This document shows positions 39,759 to 49,441 of a DNA stretch of 64,000 nt, in pieces (within the stretch, counting starts at the first letter, position 1; every line of letters begins with the position of its first letter). This DNA comes from an uncultured Candidatus Planktophila sp. GTDB taxonomy: Bacteria; Pseudomonadota; Alphaproteobacteria; Rhodobacterales; Rhodobacteraceae. Made by a program: the position numbers and the translations under genes. The notes beneath the pieces were generated by a model that was not told the DNA's origin, did not search any database, and worked only from the letters and a program-made list of their open reading frames with translations. The stretch lies in contig CAYGRU010000004.1 in the NCBI GenBank assembly GCA_964352385.1, forward strand, positions 27,926-91,925, written 5' to 3'.

Positions 39759-40913
39759 TCAGGTCAGCAGTGCCGCAATGATCGCATTCAGAACAGGGCG
39801 GCCCTGCGCGGTGGCGGCCAGCCTGTCGCCCTCGACGCGGATTATGCCATCGGCGATCAGATCGGCGACCTTCGCCTGATTCAGGGGCGTGCCCGACAGG
39901 CGGAGGTGGCGTGACAGGCTCATCCCCTCTGCCAGCCGCAGCGACATCAGGGCGTATTCGTCGCCCGCCGCGCCTTCCGGCAATGCCTCCGCGCTGATGC
40001 CGCGCCCGGTCTCTGCCGCTGCCAGCCATGCGGCGGGGTCGCGGGCGGTTTCGGTGGCCATGCGTATGCCGTCCATGATGATCCGGCCATGCGCGCCGGG
40101 GCCGACTCCGGCATAATCGCCGCCGCGCCAATAGATCAGGTTGTGGCGGCTTTCGCTGCCGGGGCGGGCGTGGTTCGACACCTCATAGGCGGGCAGACCC
40201 GCAGCGGCGGTGATGGCTTGCGTCACTTCATACATCTCTGCCGCGCGGTCATCGGTCGGCAGGCCGCGCAAGCCGCCACGGGCGTGAAGTTCGGCAAAGC
40301 GGGTGCCCTGTTCGATGGTCAGTTGATACAGTGACAGGTGGTCGATGGCCATTGCCAGCGCCTCCTGCAACTCCGCCTCCCATGCTGCGACGGTCTGGTC
40401 CTGCCGCGCATAGATCAGATCGAACGATACCCGGCGGAACTGCGCCTGCGCGATGTCGAATGCGACGCGCGCCTCGGCGGAGCTGTGCATCCGGCCCAGC
40501 CGTTTCAGGTCGGCATCGTTCAGCGCCTGCGCGCCCATCGACACGCGGTTGACCCCGGCAGCGGCATACCCGGCAAAGCGCGCCGCTTCGATGGAGGTCG
40601 GGTTCGCCTCCAGCGTGATTTCTGCATCGGGGGCAAGACCCCAGAGCTGGTCTATGGCCTCGATGACCGCCGCGACGGTTTCGGCGGGCATCAGCGACGG
40701 GGTGCCGCCGCCAAAGAACACGGTGTCAGCGGTCACTGCCCCGGTCATCGCCCGCGCCGCGCCGAGTTCCGCCACCAGCGCGGCGCGCCAGCGGGGATGG
40801 TCCACCTCGCGGCTGACATGCGAGTTGAAATCGCAATAGGGACACTTGGCGAGGCAGAAGGGCCAGTGGACATAGACGCCGAAACCGGCGGTGGAGGGGG
40901 CAAGGTCGGTCAT
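39759..40913 (-). CDS. hemW: radical SAM family heme chaperone HemW (HemN-like)
   Basis: MTDLAPSTAGFGVYVHWPFCLAKCPYCDFNSHV (CxxxCxxC). ATG 40913 lies inside the 480-aa ORF. Confidence 0.88.
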   Translation of the reverse strand: MTDLAPSTAGFGVYVHWPFCLAKCPYCDFNSHVSREVDHPRWRAALVAELGAARAMTGAVTADTVFFGGGTPSLMPAETVAAVIEAIDQLWGLAPDAEITLEANPTSIEAARFAGYAAAGVNRVSMGAQALNDADLKRLGRMHSSAEARVAFDIAQAQFRRVSFDLIYARQDQTVAAWEAELQEALAMAIDHLSLYQLTIEQGTRFAELHARGGLRGLPTDDRAAEMYEVTQAITAAAGLPAYEVSNHARPGSESRHNLIYWRGGDYAGVGPGAHGRIIMDGIRMATETARDPAAWLAAAETGRGISAEALPEGAAGDEYALMSLRLAEGMSLSRHLRLSGTPLNQAKVADLIADGIIRVEGDRLAATAQGRPVLNAIIAALLT

Positions 40914-41341
40914 GGCGGCGCCGGTATCATGCGGCGCGGGTTTTGGCGATGGGGGATGGTGGATGTGATTGGAGATGCATCCGGCCCCGAAGAGCGGCCT
41001 TCCAGTGGAAGGACGCCGGGGCCTGTCGGCTGACGCGCAAGCGGAGGCCGAGGGAGTATCCACGAAGGACATTGGCACAAGATCGAGCCGTGGTTGTCGC
41101 GGCGAGCGCGGTAACGCGGTCGCCGGGGGGCGACGACCGCGGCTCGATCTGACGCGTGTCAGATTGACCGGGCAGGTCACTGCTGTCGGGCGCCCGATCA
41201 CAGTGCGGAGGGCGCAACGATTTCAAATGTGATCGCGTGATGCGAAGGCGTAGCGCTGAGTCTGCGCAAGACCCGACACCGCAAGAAGCGGGTGGCATCG
41301 GGGTGCGGTCTTCGCCATCTTCAAATGCAAGGAGACACGCG

Positions 41342-42187
41342 ATGAACCACCAAGCCACAACCAGCCCGTTCCATTATGACCTGATCGCCGAGGCGATCCG
41401 GCTGATCGAGGCGGAGGCCCCTGCCCAGCCATCGCTGGATGCCATCGCCGCCAAGATGGGGTTTTCGCCGACGCATTTTCAGCGGATGTTTTCCGAATGG
41501 GTCGGCGTGTCGCCGAAACGGTATCTGCAATACCTGACGCTGGATCACGCCAAGCGCCTGTTGGCGGAGCGGTTCACAGTGCTCGACACCACATTGGAGA
41601 CCGGACTGTCCTCGCCGGGTCGCCTGCATGACCTGTTCGTGCGGTGGGAGGCGATGAGCCCCGGTGATTATGCTGCTGGCGGCGCGGGCCTGATCATCAA
41701 CTGGGGCTGGTTCGACGGGCCGTTCGGCGAGGCCATCGCGATGGGCACGACGCGCGGCCTGTGCGGGATGGGCTTTGTCGGCGAAATGGATCGCGCGGCG
41801 GCGTTCGACGACCTGCGCCGCCGCTGGCCGAATGCCGAATACCGTGAAAACCCCGTCGCCATCGCGCCCTGGGTGGATGCGGCCTTCGGGCAGGGCGGCG
41901 AGGCGCGGCTTTGCCTGATCGGCGCACCGTTCCAGATCAAGGTGTGGGAGGCTTTGCTGACCATCCCGACCGGCCATGTGACCACCTATTCCGAAATCGC
42001 AAAGGTCGTCGGCAACCCGAAAGCCGTGCGCGCGGTCGGAACGGCAGTCGGGCGCAACCCGGTGTCATGGCTGATCCCCTGCCACCGCGCCTTGCGGAAA
42101 TCAGGCGGCCTCGGTGGCTATCATTGGGGCCTGCCGGTCAAACGGGCGATGCTGGCCTATGAATCGGCGCGGCTGGAGGCGTCGTGA
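41342..42187 (+). CDS. bifunctional AraC-type HTH / methylated-DNA--protein-cysteine methyltransferase (Ada-like)
   Basis: AraC HTH (MGFSPTHFQRMFSEWVGVSPKRYL) plus C-terminal Ogt domain with the IPCHRAL active site. Confidence 0.85.
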   Translation: MNHQATTSPFHYDLIAEAIRLIEAEAPAQPSLDAIAAKMGFSPTHFQRMFSEWVGVSPKRYLQYLTLDHAKRLLAERFTVLDTTLETGLSSPGRLHDLFVRWEAMSPGDYAAGGAGLIINWGWFDGPFGEAIAMGTTRGLCGMGFVGEMDRAAAFDDLRRRWPNAEYRENPVAIAPWVDAAFGQGGEARLCLIGAPFQIKVWEALLTIPTGHVTTYSEIAKVVGNPKAVRAVGTAVGRNPVSWLIPCHRALRKSGGLGGYHWGLPVKRAMLAYESARLEAS

Positions 42188-42189
42188 CC

Positions 42190-43119
42190 CTAGAAATGGA
42201 TCGCGACATCGAACATCGCGCGCCACTGGAACAGTGAATTCGGCCCCTCATTCACATTGTATTCGAAGGCCGCGCCGATGATCGCATTGTCGAGCGCGCG
42301 CCAGCGCAACCCGGCTGCGAGGGTGATCGTATCCTCCGGGTCGGAGGAGCCGAGATCGGCCACGTCGAACCCTGTCAGCCGGGAGCCGGGGATCTGATCG
42401 CCGCCATCATAGGGCAGGAAGATATTCGCCTCGACCAGCGGATAAAGACCCGGCAGCACCTCGTAGCTGACATGGGCGGAAGCATAGGCGAAGGAGCTCA
42501 GCTCGGATGACAGGCCTTGCTGGAGGCCGATATTCCCCTGCACCTGCACGTCACCGATGATCTTCATCCCGGATGCAAAGGCGTGAACATAACCTGCGCC
42601 ATTGCCCGAAAGTTCCAGCGCGCCGACATTCAGGTTGCCGGTCGGCGGTGTATAGCGCAGGCCGAGCGTCACGATTTCGCCCGCCGAAGGGTCGTAGTGA
42701 ACCGCATATTTCGCGCCGATGGCGAGATCGGCAAAGCCTTGGCTGTCAGGAAGCACCGCGTCGAAATTTGCGAAAGCATAACCATCGGTGGTCGCCAGCA
42801 GGCCGAACCTGTCCGTCACCGCGACCCGGATCTGGGCGGCCACAACGTCGATGCTGCCGCCGCCGGTGACAAAATCGCCGGGGATGTTCTGGTGAAAGTA
42901 GATCGGGCGAAGCTCTGTCGTGATGAGCGGTGTTTCGTTGAAGATCGGGTTCGTGATCGGCGGGACATACCGGCTGAAGCCACCCTCGCCGAGCGACCCT
43001 TGAATATTCAGGCGATCCCCCGCCTCGGCCATGCCTGCGATCAGTGTCGTTCCGATCAGAAGTGCCGCGAAAGTTGCGGGCGCGGGCAGTGCCCGGCGCA
43101 GTAAGGTGATGGATGTCAT
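42190..43119 (-). CDS. outer-membrane beta-barrel protein (MetA-pathway/phenol-degradation-like transporter family?)
   Basis: Signal peptide MTSITLLRRALPAPATFAALLIGTTLIAGMAEA, alternating beta-strand pattern, C-terminal ...DVAIHF aromatic terminus. Confidence 0.6.
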   Translation of the reverse strand: MTSITLLRRALPAPATFAALLIGTTLIAGMAEAGDRLNIQGSLGEGGFSRYVPPITNPIFNETPLITTELRPIYFHQNIPGDFVTGGGSIDVVAAQIRVAVTDRFGLLATTDGYAFANFDAVLPDSQGFADLAIGAKYAVHYDPSAGEIVTLGLRYTPPTGNLNVGALELSGNGAGYVHAFASGMKIIGDVQVQGNIGLQQGLSSELSSFAYASAHVSYEVLPGLYPLVEANIFLPYDGGDQIPGSRLTGFDVADLGSSDPEDTITLAAGLRWRALDNAIIGAAFEYNVNEGPNSLFQWRAMFDVAIHF

Positions 43120-43301
43120 GATGCCCCAGATTTTCAGATCACTAGATGCGGGAAACTGGGCTGTTCCTGATGGCACTGCCTTGATCTCGATCAACTTGTC
43201 GGGCGATGCGGTCCCGTGCGCGGCTTTTGAACCAGCATTCACCGGGCCGAAAACGGAAACGGCCCCGGATCGCTCCGGGGCCGTCCCTGATGTTCAGAGG
43301 A

Positions 43302-45077
43302 TCAGTGGTTGTGGCGCGGCACCGTGTGGCGCACTTTCTGGTACTTGATTGCAAGATCGATGCAGCCACCCTGGGCAAGCTGGGTGACATGGCTGCGGGC
43401 CATTTCCTGCCACGGCGTCTGGCTTTCGGGCGGGATCAGCGGCCCGGCCTTCTTGCGCTCTTCCCACTCCGCCGCGTCGACCAATGCGTTGCAGGTGCCG
43501 TTGTTGAGGTCGATCCGCACCATGTCGCCGGTTTTCAGGAAGGCGAGGCCGCCGCCTGCCGCCGCTTCGGGTGAGGCGTTCAGGATCGACGGGCTGTCTG
43601 CGGTGCCGGACTGGCGGCCATCGCCGATGGTCGGCAGTGATGTGATGCCGCGTTTCAGCAGCGCATCTGGCGGCTGCATGTTCACGACTTCCGCCGACCC
43701 GGGCCAGCCGATGGGGCCAGCGCCGCGCACAACCAGCACGCAATGTTCATCGATGTTCAGGTCGGGATCGTTGATGCGGTCGTGGTAATCCTCCGACCCC
43801 TCGAACACGATGGCGCGGACATCGAACATGCCTTCCTTGCCCTTTTCGCTGAGATACCGGTCGCGGAATTCCTTCGAGATGACCGAGGTTTTCATGATCG
43901 CGGTATCGAACAGGTTGCCGGTCATCACGACGAACCCGGCCTTTTCCGAAATCGGCGCAGCATAGGGGCGGATCATCTCGCGGTCTTTCGATTCGCGCCC
44001 TTCGACGTTCTTCAGCATGGTGTCGCCGGTCACGGTCATGACATCGTGCAGATGCCCCGCCTGGGCCAGTTCCCACATGATCGCGGGCACGCCGCCCGCG
44101 CGGAAGAACCGCTCGCCCAGATATTTGCCCGCGGGCTGCATGTTCAGCAGCAGCGGAATGTCATGGCCGTGGATCTGCCAGTCGGAGGGGACGAGTTCGA
44201 CCCCCAGATGGTTCGCGATGGCATGGAGGTGCGGCTGCGCGTTGGTCGACCCACCGATGGCGGAGTTGACCGCGATGGCATTCAGGAACGCCTCGCGGGT
44301 CATCACGTCGGATGGTTTCAGGTCCTCATAGGCCATGTCGACAATGCGCTTGCCGGTGACATAGGCCATGCCCATCCGCTCGCGATAGGGGGCAGGGATG
44401 GCGGAGCAGCCGGTCAGCGACATGCCGAGCGCCTCCGCCAGCGCGTTCATCGTGCTGGCGGTGCCCATCGTGTTGCAATGGCCGAGCGATGGCGCGGACC
44501 CGGCGGCGCCGATCAGGAATTCCTCCTCGGTGATCTTGCCCGCGCCGAGTTCGCGCCGCATCTTCCAGATCGCGGTGCCGGAGCCGACAAGATCGTCCCC
44601 CTCCATCCAGCCATTCAGCATGGGGCCGCCGGACAGCACGATCGCCGGAATGTCGACCGTCGCCGCCGCCATCAACAGGGCAGGGGTGGTCTTGTCGCAG
44701 CCGGTCGTCAGGACGACGGCGTCAATCGGATAGCCGTGCAGCAGTTCCACCAGCCCGAGATAGGCAAGGTTGCGGTCGAGCGCGGCAGTGGGCCGCTTGC
44801 CGGTTTCCTGGATCGGATGCACCGGAAATTCCATCGGAATCCCGCCCGCCTCGCGGATGCCGTCGCGCAGGCGCGGTGAAAGATGCTGATGGATTTTGTT
44901 ACACGGTGACAGGTCGGACCCGGTCTGCGCGATCCCGATCACCGGCTTGCCGGAGCGGAGTTCTTCATAGGTGAACGCATTGTTGCAATAGCGTTCGATA
45001 TACAGCGCCACCATGTCGGTGCGATGGCGGCTGTTGAACCACTCGGCAGAGCGGAAAGTCTTGGGTTCGCGTATCAT
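43302..45077 (-). CDS. IlvD/Edd family sugar-acid dehydratase
   Basis: GGAGGA RBS before ATG 45077. PVIGIAQTGSDLSPCN, TTGCDKTTPA, HCNTMGTASTMN Fe-S cluster Cys motifs. Confidence 0.88.
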   Translation of the reverse strand: MIREPKTFRSAEWFNSRHRTDMVALYIERYCNNAFTYEELRSGKPVIGIAQTGSDLSPCNKIHQHLSPRLRDGIREAGGIPMEFPVHPIQETGKRPTAALDRNLAYLGLVELLHGYPIDAVVLTTGCDKTTPALLMAAATVDIPAIVLSGGPMLNGWMEGDDLVGSGTAIWKMRRELGAGKITEEEFLIGAAGSAPSLGHCNTMGTASTMNALAEALGMSLTGCSAIPAPYRERMGMAYVTGKRIVDMAYEDLKPSDVMTREAFLNAIAVNSAIGGSTNAQPHLHAIANHLGVELVPSDWQIHGHDIPLLLNMQPAGKYLGERFFRAGGVPAIMWELAQAGHLHDVMTVTGDTMLKNVEGRESKDREMIRPYAAPISEKAGFVVMTGNLFDTAIMKTSVISKEFRDRYLSEKGKEGMFDVRAIVFEGSEDYHDRINDPDLNIDEHCVLVVRGAGPIGWPGSAEVVNMQPPDALLKRGITSLPTIGDGRQSGTADSPSILNASPEAAAGGGLAFLKTGDMVRIDLNNGTCNALVDAAEWEERKKAGPLIPPESQTPWQEMARSHVTQLAQGGCIDLAIKYQKVRHTVPRHNH

Positions 45078-45206
45078 TAGGTTTCCTCCGGCGCGCATCT
45101 TGGGCGTCTCAGGGGGAACCTAAACCGTTTCGCTCAACGATTGCAGCAACTTTATCGGGGCGGTCCTGAAAAGGTTCCACCCCGTCAGAAAGGCGGCTGT
45201 TGCGCC

Positions 45207-45494
45207 TCAGAGAAGGGTCTGCAACTGCATGGCAACGCTCATGTCGCCCTTGACCTTGATCTTGCCGGTCAGGAAGGCGGTCATCGGGTTCAGCTTGCCA
45301 TTCACCAGTTTTTCGAGGTTCTTGCGCGACAGGGTGATGGTGCAGTCCGCCTCCATATCCTCGCGCGTCACTTCCCGCTTGTTGATGACAACCACGCCGT
45401 CCTCGCCGCAGTCGAATTTCATCACGCGGTCGAAATCGGAAGCGGCGACCTTGTCGCGCATTTCCTGTGGAATTTCGTCGTTCGGAGTGCTCAT
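45207..45494 (-). CDS. SCP2 sterol-binding domain protein
   Basis: MSTPNDEIPQEMRDK...TLSRKNLEKLVNGKLNPMTAFLTGKIKVKGDMSVAMQLQTLL (classic SCP2 C-terminal motif). ATG overlaps the dctM stop (TGATG). Confidence 0.8.
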   Translation of the reverse strand: MSTPNDEIPQEMRDKVAASDFDRVMKFDCGEDGVVVINKREVTREDMEADCTITLSRKNLEKLVNGKLNPMTAFLTGKIKVKGDMSVAMQLQTLL

Positions 45495-46846
45495 CAGAAA
45501 AGATACCTCACAAGCCACAGCGATATCGCCGGGAATGAAACGAGGATAACCACGCGGACAAGATCGCTCAAGACAAAGGGTGCGACGCCCTTGTAGGTTT
45601 CCGAAATCGGCACGTCCTTCGCCATCGACGAGATGATGAAAAGGTTCATGCCCACCGGCGGCGTGATCAGGCCGACCTCGACCACGATCAGCGCCAGAAT
45701 GCCGAACCAGATCGCGGTTTCCTCAGCCGTCATGCCGAAATCGAGGCCCTCGATGATCGGAAAGAAGATCGGGATCGTCAGCAGGATCATCGACAGGCTG
45801 TCCATCACGCAGCCGAACACCAGATACAGCAGCAACATGCAGATCAGGATCGTGTAGGGGCCAAAGCCCTGCGTCGTCACCCATTCGGCAAGCCCTTGCG
45901 GTGTCTGCGTCAGCGCGAGGAAGGAATTGAAGATCTGCGCGCCGAACACGATGAAAAAGATCATGGCGGTGGTGGATGCGGTGGTCAGGATGCAGTCGAT
46001 GAAGGATCGAAGGTTCAGCCCGCCGGTGAACACGCCATAGATGCCCGCAAGAACGGCACCGACCGCCGCGCCCTCTGTCGGGGTGAACAGGGCCTGCTGA
46101 CCGGCCTGCGCCCAGTTGCTGTCCCCCGCGATGCCCCACATGACGAGGCCGAAGATGAACACCACCGGCCACACGCCCGCGAGGGCGCGAAACCGTTCGG
46201 CAAACCCCTTGCGCGGCAGGCTCGTCGCCTCATCCGGTCGGAAATAGACATAGATCGAGACGGTCAGGATATACCCAAGCGCGGCGAGGATGCCGGGGAT
46301 CAATGCCGCCATGAACATCTTGGCGATGTTCTGTTCCGTCAGAATGGCATAGATGACGAGGATCACCGAGGGCGGGATGAGGATGCCGAGCGTGCCGCCC
46401 GCTGCCAGAACCCCGGTCGCCAATCGGCCGGAATAGCCATAGCGTTGCATTTCGGGCAGCGCGACCTGACCCATCGTGGACGCGGTCGCCAGCGATGACC
46501 CGCAGACCGCGCCGAACCCGGCGCAGGCCCCGACCGATGCCATCGCCACCCCGCCCCGAAGATGCCCCATCCAGTCGGCGGCAGCGCGAAACAGGCTCTG
46601 GCTCATCCCCGATTTGGTGGCGAACTGCCCCATCAGCAGGAACAGCGGCACGATGGACAGCGAATAGGACGAAAACGTCTCGTATGTGACCGACTTCATC
46701 TGCGCCATCATCATGTTTGGCCGCCCGAGGATGACCCAGATGCCGATGAAACCCGTCAGGAACAGGGCAACACCAATCGGCATACGCAGAAAGATCAGCA
46801 GCAGCATCAGTCCGAAGCCGACCAGCGAAAGCGTGAAACCGTCCAT
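45494..46846 (-). CDS. dctM: TRAP transporter large permease subunit
   Basis: MDGFTLSLVGFGLMLLLIFLRMPIGVALFL..., about 450 aa, 12+ TM. The upstream 118 codons of the listed ORF are a shadow overlapping dctQ. Confidence 0.9.
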   Translation of the reverse strand: MDGFTLSLVGFGLMLLLIFLRMPIGVALFLTGFIGIWVILGRPNMMMAQMKSVTYETFSSYSLSIVPLFLLMGQFATKSGMSQSLFRAAADWMGHLRGGVAMASVGACAGFGAVCGSSLATASTMGQVALPEMQRYGYSGRLATGVLAAGGTLGILIPPSVILVIYAILTEQNIAKMFMAALIPGILAALGYILTVSIYVYFRPDEATSLPRKGFAERFRALAGVWPVVFIFGLVMWGIAGDSNWAQAGQQALFTPTEGAAVGAVLAGIYGVFTGGLNLRSFIDCILTTASTTAMIFFIVFGAQIFNSFLALTQTPQGLAEWVTTQGFGPYTILICMLLLYLVFGCVMDSLSMILLTIPIFFPIIEGLDFGMTAEETAIWFGILALIVVEVGLITPPVGMNLFIISSMAKDVPISETYKGVAPFVLSDLVRVVILVSFPAISLWLVRYLF

Positions 46847-47400
46847 CAATGCGCCCCTGCCCCGTGGTGCGGTTGCCCGCTGATCGTCTCGTTCACGCCG
46901 CGCCAGACTGTGTAGAGTGCTACGATGGCGAACAGCACAGCGCCCACCAGCGACAGCGCATAGCCATACCAGACCGGCATGGCGAGGATGAACGTCTCCT
47001 CGCCATAGGCCAGCTTGTCGCGCATCCCGTCGTAAAGCCGCCACGCAATCAGGATGGCAGCCACTGTCAGCGCGACATCGCCAAGCAGCGCGAAGATCGC
47101 CTGCGCGCGCGGGCGAAACTGGTTCACGAGAATATCGACGGACACATGGCCGCGCTTGATCTGGCACCAGGGCAGAAAGCTGAACACGGCGATGGCGCAT
47201 CCGGTCTGCACCAGTTCGAAATCGCCGGGCACCGGGCCAAGGCCCGCCCAGATCAGTGCCCGCCCGAGGATCGACGCCACCGTCATCAGGGCCATCGCGG
47301 CAAGCACGACGCCGCCACAGAGCGCCAGCCAGCGGGCCAGCGTTTCAAGAAACGCGCCTGTCGCCGCCTCGGCAACCGGTGCGATGCCCCGTTCAGCCAT
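46846..47400 (-). CDS. dctQ: TRAP transporter small permease subunit
   Basis: 184 aa, 4 TM. Stop overlaps the dctM start (ATGA). Confidence 0.85.
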   Translation of the reverse strand: MAERGIAPVAEAATGAFLETLARWLALCGGVVLAAMALMTVASILGRALIWAGLGPVPGDFELVQTGCAIAVFSFLPWCQIKRGHVSVDILVNQFRPRAQAIFALLGDVALTVAAILIAWRLYDGMRDKLAYGEETFILAMPVWYGYALSLVGAVLFAIVALYTVWRGVNETISGQPHHGAGAH

Positions 47401-47500
47401 ACGAACCTCCCCTACCTGTCGGGTCTGCTTCTAGAAGCCGCTGCCTGCGAATCCAAGTCAAACAGGGCGTTTTCCACCATTGCCTTTACAGACATGGAAG

Positions 47501-47528
47501 CGGGGCGCGATCTGCGGATCGCGCCCCG
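47501..47528 (-). other. 12-bp perfect stem-loop between dctP and dctQ (intra-operon attenuator/stabiliser)
   Basis: CGGGGCGCGATC-tgcg-GATCGCGCCCCG, 25 nt downstream of the dctP stop. Confidence 0.6.
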
Positions 47529-47552
47529 TCCAACCGTTCAGCGCTGTGCGGA

Positions 47553-48590
47553 TTATTCTTCCGCGCCGGCGTATTTTTCCACCAGTGCCTTTGCATCGGC
47601 AAGCATCTCGGCACCCTTCGGAGTCGCCTCGACCCATGCTGCGACCAGCGGTGCGGCCTTTTCCTTCCAGCGGGCCGTTTCGGCGGCATCGAGAACGACA
47701 ATTTCGTTATCGGTCGCGATGATGATTTCGTGCATCGCTGCATCGCCTTCATCCATTGCGCGGCCAGCCCAGGCGGAGGTTTCGATCCCCGAATTGGCGT
47801 CGATCACAGCCTTGATGTCGTCGGGCAGCGCATTGTAGCTGTCCTTGTTCATCGCCCAGACGAAGAACGTGTTGTAGAGGCTGCGATTGCCGGAAAAATA
47901 GGTGTGGCTGTCGGCCAGTTCATGCACCTTCAGCGGCACGGTGACCTCTTCCGGGATCACACCGCCATCGACGACACCTTTCGACAGGGCCTCGGGGAAG
48001 GCGGGAACCGGCATGCCGACGGGGGTCGCCCCCATGCTTTCCAGCAGCGTGTTCGCGGCGCGCGACGGGCCGCGCAGCTTGAGGCCGTTCATGTCTTCCA
48101 TCTTCTGAATGGCGGCACCCTTCTTGTGGATCACGCCCGGCCCGTGCACGTGAACCGCGATCAGGTGCACGTCCTTCAGGTCTTCCGCAGAATATTTCTG
48201 GGTCAGTTCCCACGCCGCGCGCGACGTTGCCTCGGCAGAGGTCGCGGAGATGAAGGGTTGCTCCAGCGTTTCGGTGGTCGGGAAGCGGCCCGGTGTATAG
48301 GCGGGCAGGGCCCAGCCGCAATCAATCACGCCATCCTTGATCTGGTCGAACAGCGCGGGCGGCGTGCCGCCAAGCTGCATACCCGGATAAAGTTCGATTT
48401 TCAGCTTGCCGCCGGATTCCTCCTCCACCTTCTTGATCCAGGGTTCCATGAACCGCGATGGCACCGAAGCTTTCGGTGAAAGGAAATGCTGGCAGCGCAG
48501 GGTGACGTCCTGCGCCGAGGCGGTCGTTGCGCCCCAGATGCCGGATGTGGCGACCGCCGCGACGAGCGCGGATTTGATGAACGGATTCAT
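47553..48590 (-). CDS. dctP: TRAP transporter substrate-binding protein
   Basis: Signal peptide MNPFIKSALVAAVATSGIWGATTASA; DctP-type fold length (345 aa); first gene of the dctPQM operon. Confidence 0.88.
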   Translation of the reverse strand: MNPFIKSALVAAVATSGIWGATTASAQDVTLRCQHFLSPKASVPSRFMEPWIKKVEEESGGKLKIELYPGMQLGGTPPALFDQIKDGVIDCGWALPAYTPGRFPTTETLEQPFISATSAEATSRAAWELTQKYSAEDLKDVHLIAVHVHGPGVIHKKGAAIQKMEDMNGLKLRGPSRAANTLLESMGATPVGMPVPAFPEALSKGVVDGGVIPEEVTVPLKVHELADSHTYFSGNRSLYNTFFVWAMNKDSYNALPDDIKAVIDANSGIETSAWAGRAMDEGDAAMHEIIIATDNEIVVLDAAETARWKEKAAPLVAAWVEATPKGAEMLADAKALVEKYAGAEE

Positions 48591-48739
48591 GTGACCTCCC
48601 AGTCAGATTTTTCTGATCGCATTGTGTTGTGCAGCCTTGCGATCCAGTGGCAGAGTTTGATGGTTTATTTGACCAATGCAAGCACTTGACCCCCGAACCG
48701 GACTGCGCAAGCGTTGTTTTCAACTTGGGGGAGACCGCC

Positions 48740-49441
48740 ATGCGTGTGAAGGCCGCGATTTTCGATGTATTCGGCACGGTCGTCGATTGGCGTACCGGGG
48801 TCGCGACCGTCATGATGCGGGCCTTTGCGTCGAAGGGTCTGATCCATGATCCCGCTGCTTTCGCGGATGACTGGCGGGCGGAATATCAGCCCGCGATGGC
48901 GCGAATCCGGTCAGGCAATCGGGGCTATGTCCCGCTGGACGACCTTCACCGCGAAAATCTGGATATCGTTCTGGCGGCGCGGGGGCTGGGCGATGCGTTC
49001 AGCACATCCGAGCGTGATGCGATCAACCACGCATGGGAAAAGCTGCCGCCGTGGCCGGACAGTTTTGCAGGGCTGACCGCGATCCGCAATCACATGCCGA
49101 TCGCGACCTGTTCCAATGGCTCCATCGCCCTGATGACGGCGCTGGCGCGGTTTGGTGGTCTGCCTTGGGATTGCATTCTGGGGGCTGAGATTGCGCAGGG
49201 CTACAAGCCTGATCCGAAGGTCTATCTGGCGTCCTGCGCGGCGCTGCGGCTCGCCCCGTTCGAGGTGGTGATGGTCGCGGCGCATAACGACGATCTGGCG
49301 GCGGCCCGCGATGCCGGGTTGCGCACCGCGTTCATCCCCCGCCCCGACGAAAAGGGGCCTGGGCTGGGCGAGACGAAGGCGATATCCGACTGGGATTTCG
49401 TCGCTGCCGACCTTCAGGCACTGGCACCGATGCTGTCCTGA
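48740..49441 (+). CDS. haloacid dehalogenase type II (HAD superfamily)
   Basis: MRVKAAIFDVFGTVVDW (DxFGT nucleophile motif), ATCSNGS, YKPDPKVY, AAHNDDLAAA. Confidence 0.8.
   Translation: MRVKAAIFDVFGTVVDWRTGVATVMMRAFASKGLIHDPAAFADDWRAEYQPAMARIRSGNRGYVPLDDLHRENLDIVLAARGLGDAFSTSERDAINHAWEKLPPWPDSFAGLTAIRNHMPIATCSNGSIALMTALARFGGLPWDCILGAEIAQGYKPDPKVYLASCAALRLAPFEVVMVAAHNDDLAAARDAGLRTAFIPRPDEKGPGLGETKAISDWDFVAADLQALAPMLS

Noticed and set aside
45494-47200. N-terminal extensions of dctM (568 aa ORF), hemW (39759-41201), the aminotransferase (49414-50901), the SDR (50535-51773), amtB, chvI, gnd, creatinase and the Ada-like gene
   Set aside because: In each case the conserved family N-terminus begins at an internal start with an RBS and/or a stop-start overlap with the neighbouring gene. 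The extra residues are Arg/Pro-rich and overlap adjacent genes.
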